DNA of 60,088 bases from a virus (Duplodnaviria; Caudoviricetes), in IMG/VR virus record IMGVR_UViG_3300005758_000016, positions 1 to 60,088 of that record, one strand, 5' to 3'. Shown piece by piece: positions 58,374-60,088 of the stretch. Within the stretch, counting starts at the first letter, position 1; each line of letters opens with the position of its first letter. The position numbers and the translations under genes are program-made. The notes under the pieces are model-generated. The model saw only the letters and a program-made list of their open reading frames with translations, had not been told where the DNA came from and searched no databases.

Positions 58374-58443
58374 TGCACTTTTAGCGGTTACTTCTAGACT
58401 TGTAATCTAACCATAATGTCCGCTAATACTTATTCAAGGGCTT
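58366..58443 (+). ncRNA. Y RNA-like RNA 3
   Basis: TTAGCGG-TTACTTC-TAGA-CTTGTAA-TCTA...CCGCTAA; outer AAGCCCTT/AAGGGCTT. Confidence 0.6.
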
Positions 58444-58447
58444 TTAT

Positions 58448-58521
58448 ATCTCGCTAGTGTAATGGCAGCATACCAGTCTCCAAAACTGTTGGTCGGGGTT
58501 CGAGTCCCTGGCGGGATGCCA
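58448..58521 (+). tRNA. tRNA-Trp(CCA)
   Basis: Cloverleaf, loop CTCCAAA, G73. Confidence 0.9.
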
Positions 58522-58574
58522 AAATTTGTATTTGATTTGTTTTGCAAATCTTGATATAATTATTCTTTTAAATC

Positions 58575-58657
58575 GGAGTAGATGGAACAATGGCGTTCTA
58601 GCCGGCTGTAACCCGGTGGCCTCTGGCAGGTAGGTTCGATCCCTACCTACTCCACCA
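58575..58657 (+). tRNA. tRNA-Tyr(GUA)
   Basis: Variable arm, loop CTGTAAC. Confidence 0.88.
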
Positions 58658-58714
58658 AAATTTAACTTGATTTTTGTTTCCTTATATAGTATAATATATT
58701 TTTGGGAGACAGAA

Positions 58715-59386
58715 ATGACTGAAATTTTATCAAAAGTCATAGAAGCTCTTGGATTTGCCCCTAATGATACTATAAAAAAGAGGCACGGAGATTCAAGAGA
58801 GCTAACTAATAAAGAGTTTGTAGAAGCAATACTAGAGACTGATTCTGTACCAGAATTGGCAAATAGATTAAATATTGGTGAGCAAACAGCTAATAGAATT
58901 ATTGCAAGAGTATTTATTCCGCTATTCGGTAAACGTACTGGTGGAGGAGATACTTGGAAGTTAGCATTGTTAAATAATGCTGAATTAAAAAAGTGTTCCT
59001 GTTGTAGCTCTATATTAGAACATACTTGCTTTAGTAAAGACTTACATAACTTTGATGGACTATCTGCAACGTGTAAAACTTGCAAATCAGATTTAAATGC
59101 TGAGTACTATAATAGGCACAAAGATACTTACCATAAAAAGTATATAGACGAGCACAGAGAAGAGTATAATGCTAGAACGGCATTACGTAGAGCTGCTAAA
59201 TTAAGAGCCACACCTAATTGGGCCAATTTAGAAAATATAAAGCAAATATATGTAAATTGTCCAAAAGGACACCATGTAGATCATATTTATCCTTTAACCA
59301 GTGATTGGGTGTGCGGTCTACACGTAGAAGATAATTTACAATACCTTACAGCAGAAGAGAATTTGCGTAAGGGAAATAGAAGATAA
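58715..59386 (+). CDS. HNH endonuclease (paralog of 53884-54513)
   Basis: ATP.W..Y.NCPKG.HVDHI.PL..GLHV..NLQYL. Confidence 0.85.
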   Translation: MTEILSKVIEALGFAPNDTIKKRHGDSRELTNKEFVEAILETDSVPELANRLNIGEQTANRIIARVFIPLFGKRTGGGDTWKLALLNNAELKKCSCCSSILEHTCFSKDLHNFDGLSATCKTCKSDLNAEYYNRHKDTYHKKYIDEHREEYNARTALRRAAKLRATPNWANLENIKQIYVNCPKGHHVDHIYPLTSDWVCGLHVEDNLQYLTAEENLRKGNRR

Positions 59387-59387
59387 T

Positions 59388-59471
59388 GCGGCTGTGGTGG
59401 AATGGTATACACATCAGACTTAAACCCTGATGCCTTCGGGATTGAGAGTTCGAGTCTCTCCAGCCGCACCA
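59388..59471 (+). tRNA. tRNA-Leu(UAA)
   Basis: Variable arm, loop CTTAAAC. Confidence 0.9.
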
Positions 59472-59475
59472 AAAC

Positions 59476-59549
59476 GCGTGCATAGTTTAATGGTAAAATC
59501 AGTGCTTGCCAAGCATTAGTTGAGAGTTCGATTCTCTCTGCCCGCACCA
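59476..59549 (+). tRNA. tRNA-Gly(GCC)
   Basis: Cloverleaf, loop TTGCCAA. Confidence 0.9.
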
Positions 59550-59558
59550 GGAGATAGC

Positions 59559-59741
59559 ATGACCCACAACTTAGACGAGTTACTGCTCTCAATGTTAGGC
59601 TCATACGAACTGGTACAACAGTGGTGGAATTCACCAAACACTGCGTTTGGTGGTGATACACCACAGCAGTGGTTTCAGGATCAGGCCCTGCAAGCACAAG
59701 TTGTGAGTTATATATACAAACACAGCGGTTATTGGATCTAA
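59559..59741 (+). CDS. Small protein resembling Xre/MbcA/ParS antitoxin C-terminal domain
   Basis: WW.SPN.AFGG.TP motif; AGGAG RBS. Confidence 0.55.
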   Translation: MTHNLDELLLSMLGSYELVQQWWNSPNTAFGGDTPQQWFQDQALQAQVVSYIYKHSGYWI

Positions 59742-59808
59742 AGTGTTCATGGACGCACGTATGCCTGTCACGCATAAAGAAGGGGATCGTTACCCCTTAG
59801 ATCCGCCA
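59734..59808 (+). tRNA. tRNA-Asp(GUC), atypical T loop
   Basis: Loop CTGTCAC, G73, T loop ATCGTTA. Confidence 0.88.
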
Positions 59809-59887
59809 GTATTTGGTAGTTAGTATTAAACTACCCGTAGCCCACCCGTTGGATACGACAAGTCCAAGCTGGAGCCGTAACCAGCAC

Positions 59888-59988
59888 TATTATTTTAGCA
59901 TACTACTATCCATTATAAATAAGCAGGAGAGATACCTGTTGTCCAGCGATTGTCTCAACGGGGTAAGGGGTAGTGTGCTAAACTAATA
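59888..59988 (+). ncRNA. Stem-closed inter-tRNA cassette
   Basis: TTTAGCATACTACT/GGTAGTGTGCTAAA ending just before tRNA-Val. Confidence 0.5.
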
Positions 59989-59989
59989 T

Positions 59990-60064
59990 GCATCCTTAGC
60001 TCAGCGGTAGAGCGTCTCCCTTACAAGGAGAGGGTCGGCGGTTCAATCCCGTCAGGATGTACCA
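59990..60064 (+). tRNA. tRNA-Val(UAC)
   Basis: Cloverleaf, loop CTTACAA. Confidence 0.92.
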
Positions 60065-60069
60065 CATAT

Positions 60070-60088
60070 TCCACAGTAGCACAGCGGT
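60070..60088 (+). tRNA. Partial tRNA 5' end (window edge)
   Basis: TCCACAG-TA-GCAC-AGCGGT acceptor and D arm start. Confidence 0.55.

Noticed and set aside
1-60088. Stop-codon reassignment or suppressor tRNA
   Set aside because: Long genes are intact in the standard code, and no tRNA has a CUA, UUA or UCA anticodon

Overview
This window is part of a lytic T5-like siphophage genome (Demerecviridae-like gene order). Bases 1-31.5 kb hold the minus-strand virion morphogenesis module: fibres, tail tip, tape measure, tail tube, a protease-capsid fusion, portal, nicking endonuclease and terminases. Bases ~31.7-38 kb are a T5 pre-early-like region of short gene cassettes separated by a repeated palindrome/antisense-promoter module. 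It carries three of the four A2-like paralogs and a tiny peptide ending in the SSB tail motif DDIPF. Bases ~38.1-39.35 kb form an RNA-only operon: a stem-closed RNA, tRNA-Glu, a type I hammerhead ribozyme and a ~550 nt structured RNA. Bases 39.5-50.5 kb are early accessory genes (ThyX, metallophosphoesterase, cell-wall hydrolase, DUF5664, LMW phosphatase). Bases ~49.8-60 kb are a large tRNA array interleaved with UvsE, HNH/GIY-YIG endonucleases, a Ro60/TROVE gene flanked by several Y-RNA-like genes, non-canonical tRNA-like RNAs, and a family of long stem-closed inter-tRNA RNAs. The most striking signal is this extensive non-coding RNA system. All calls come from reading motifs and base-pairing by eye; no database searches were run.
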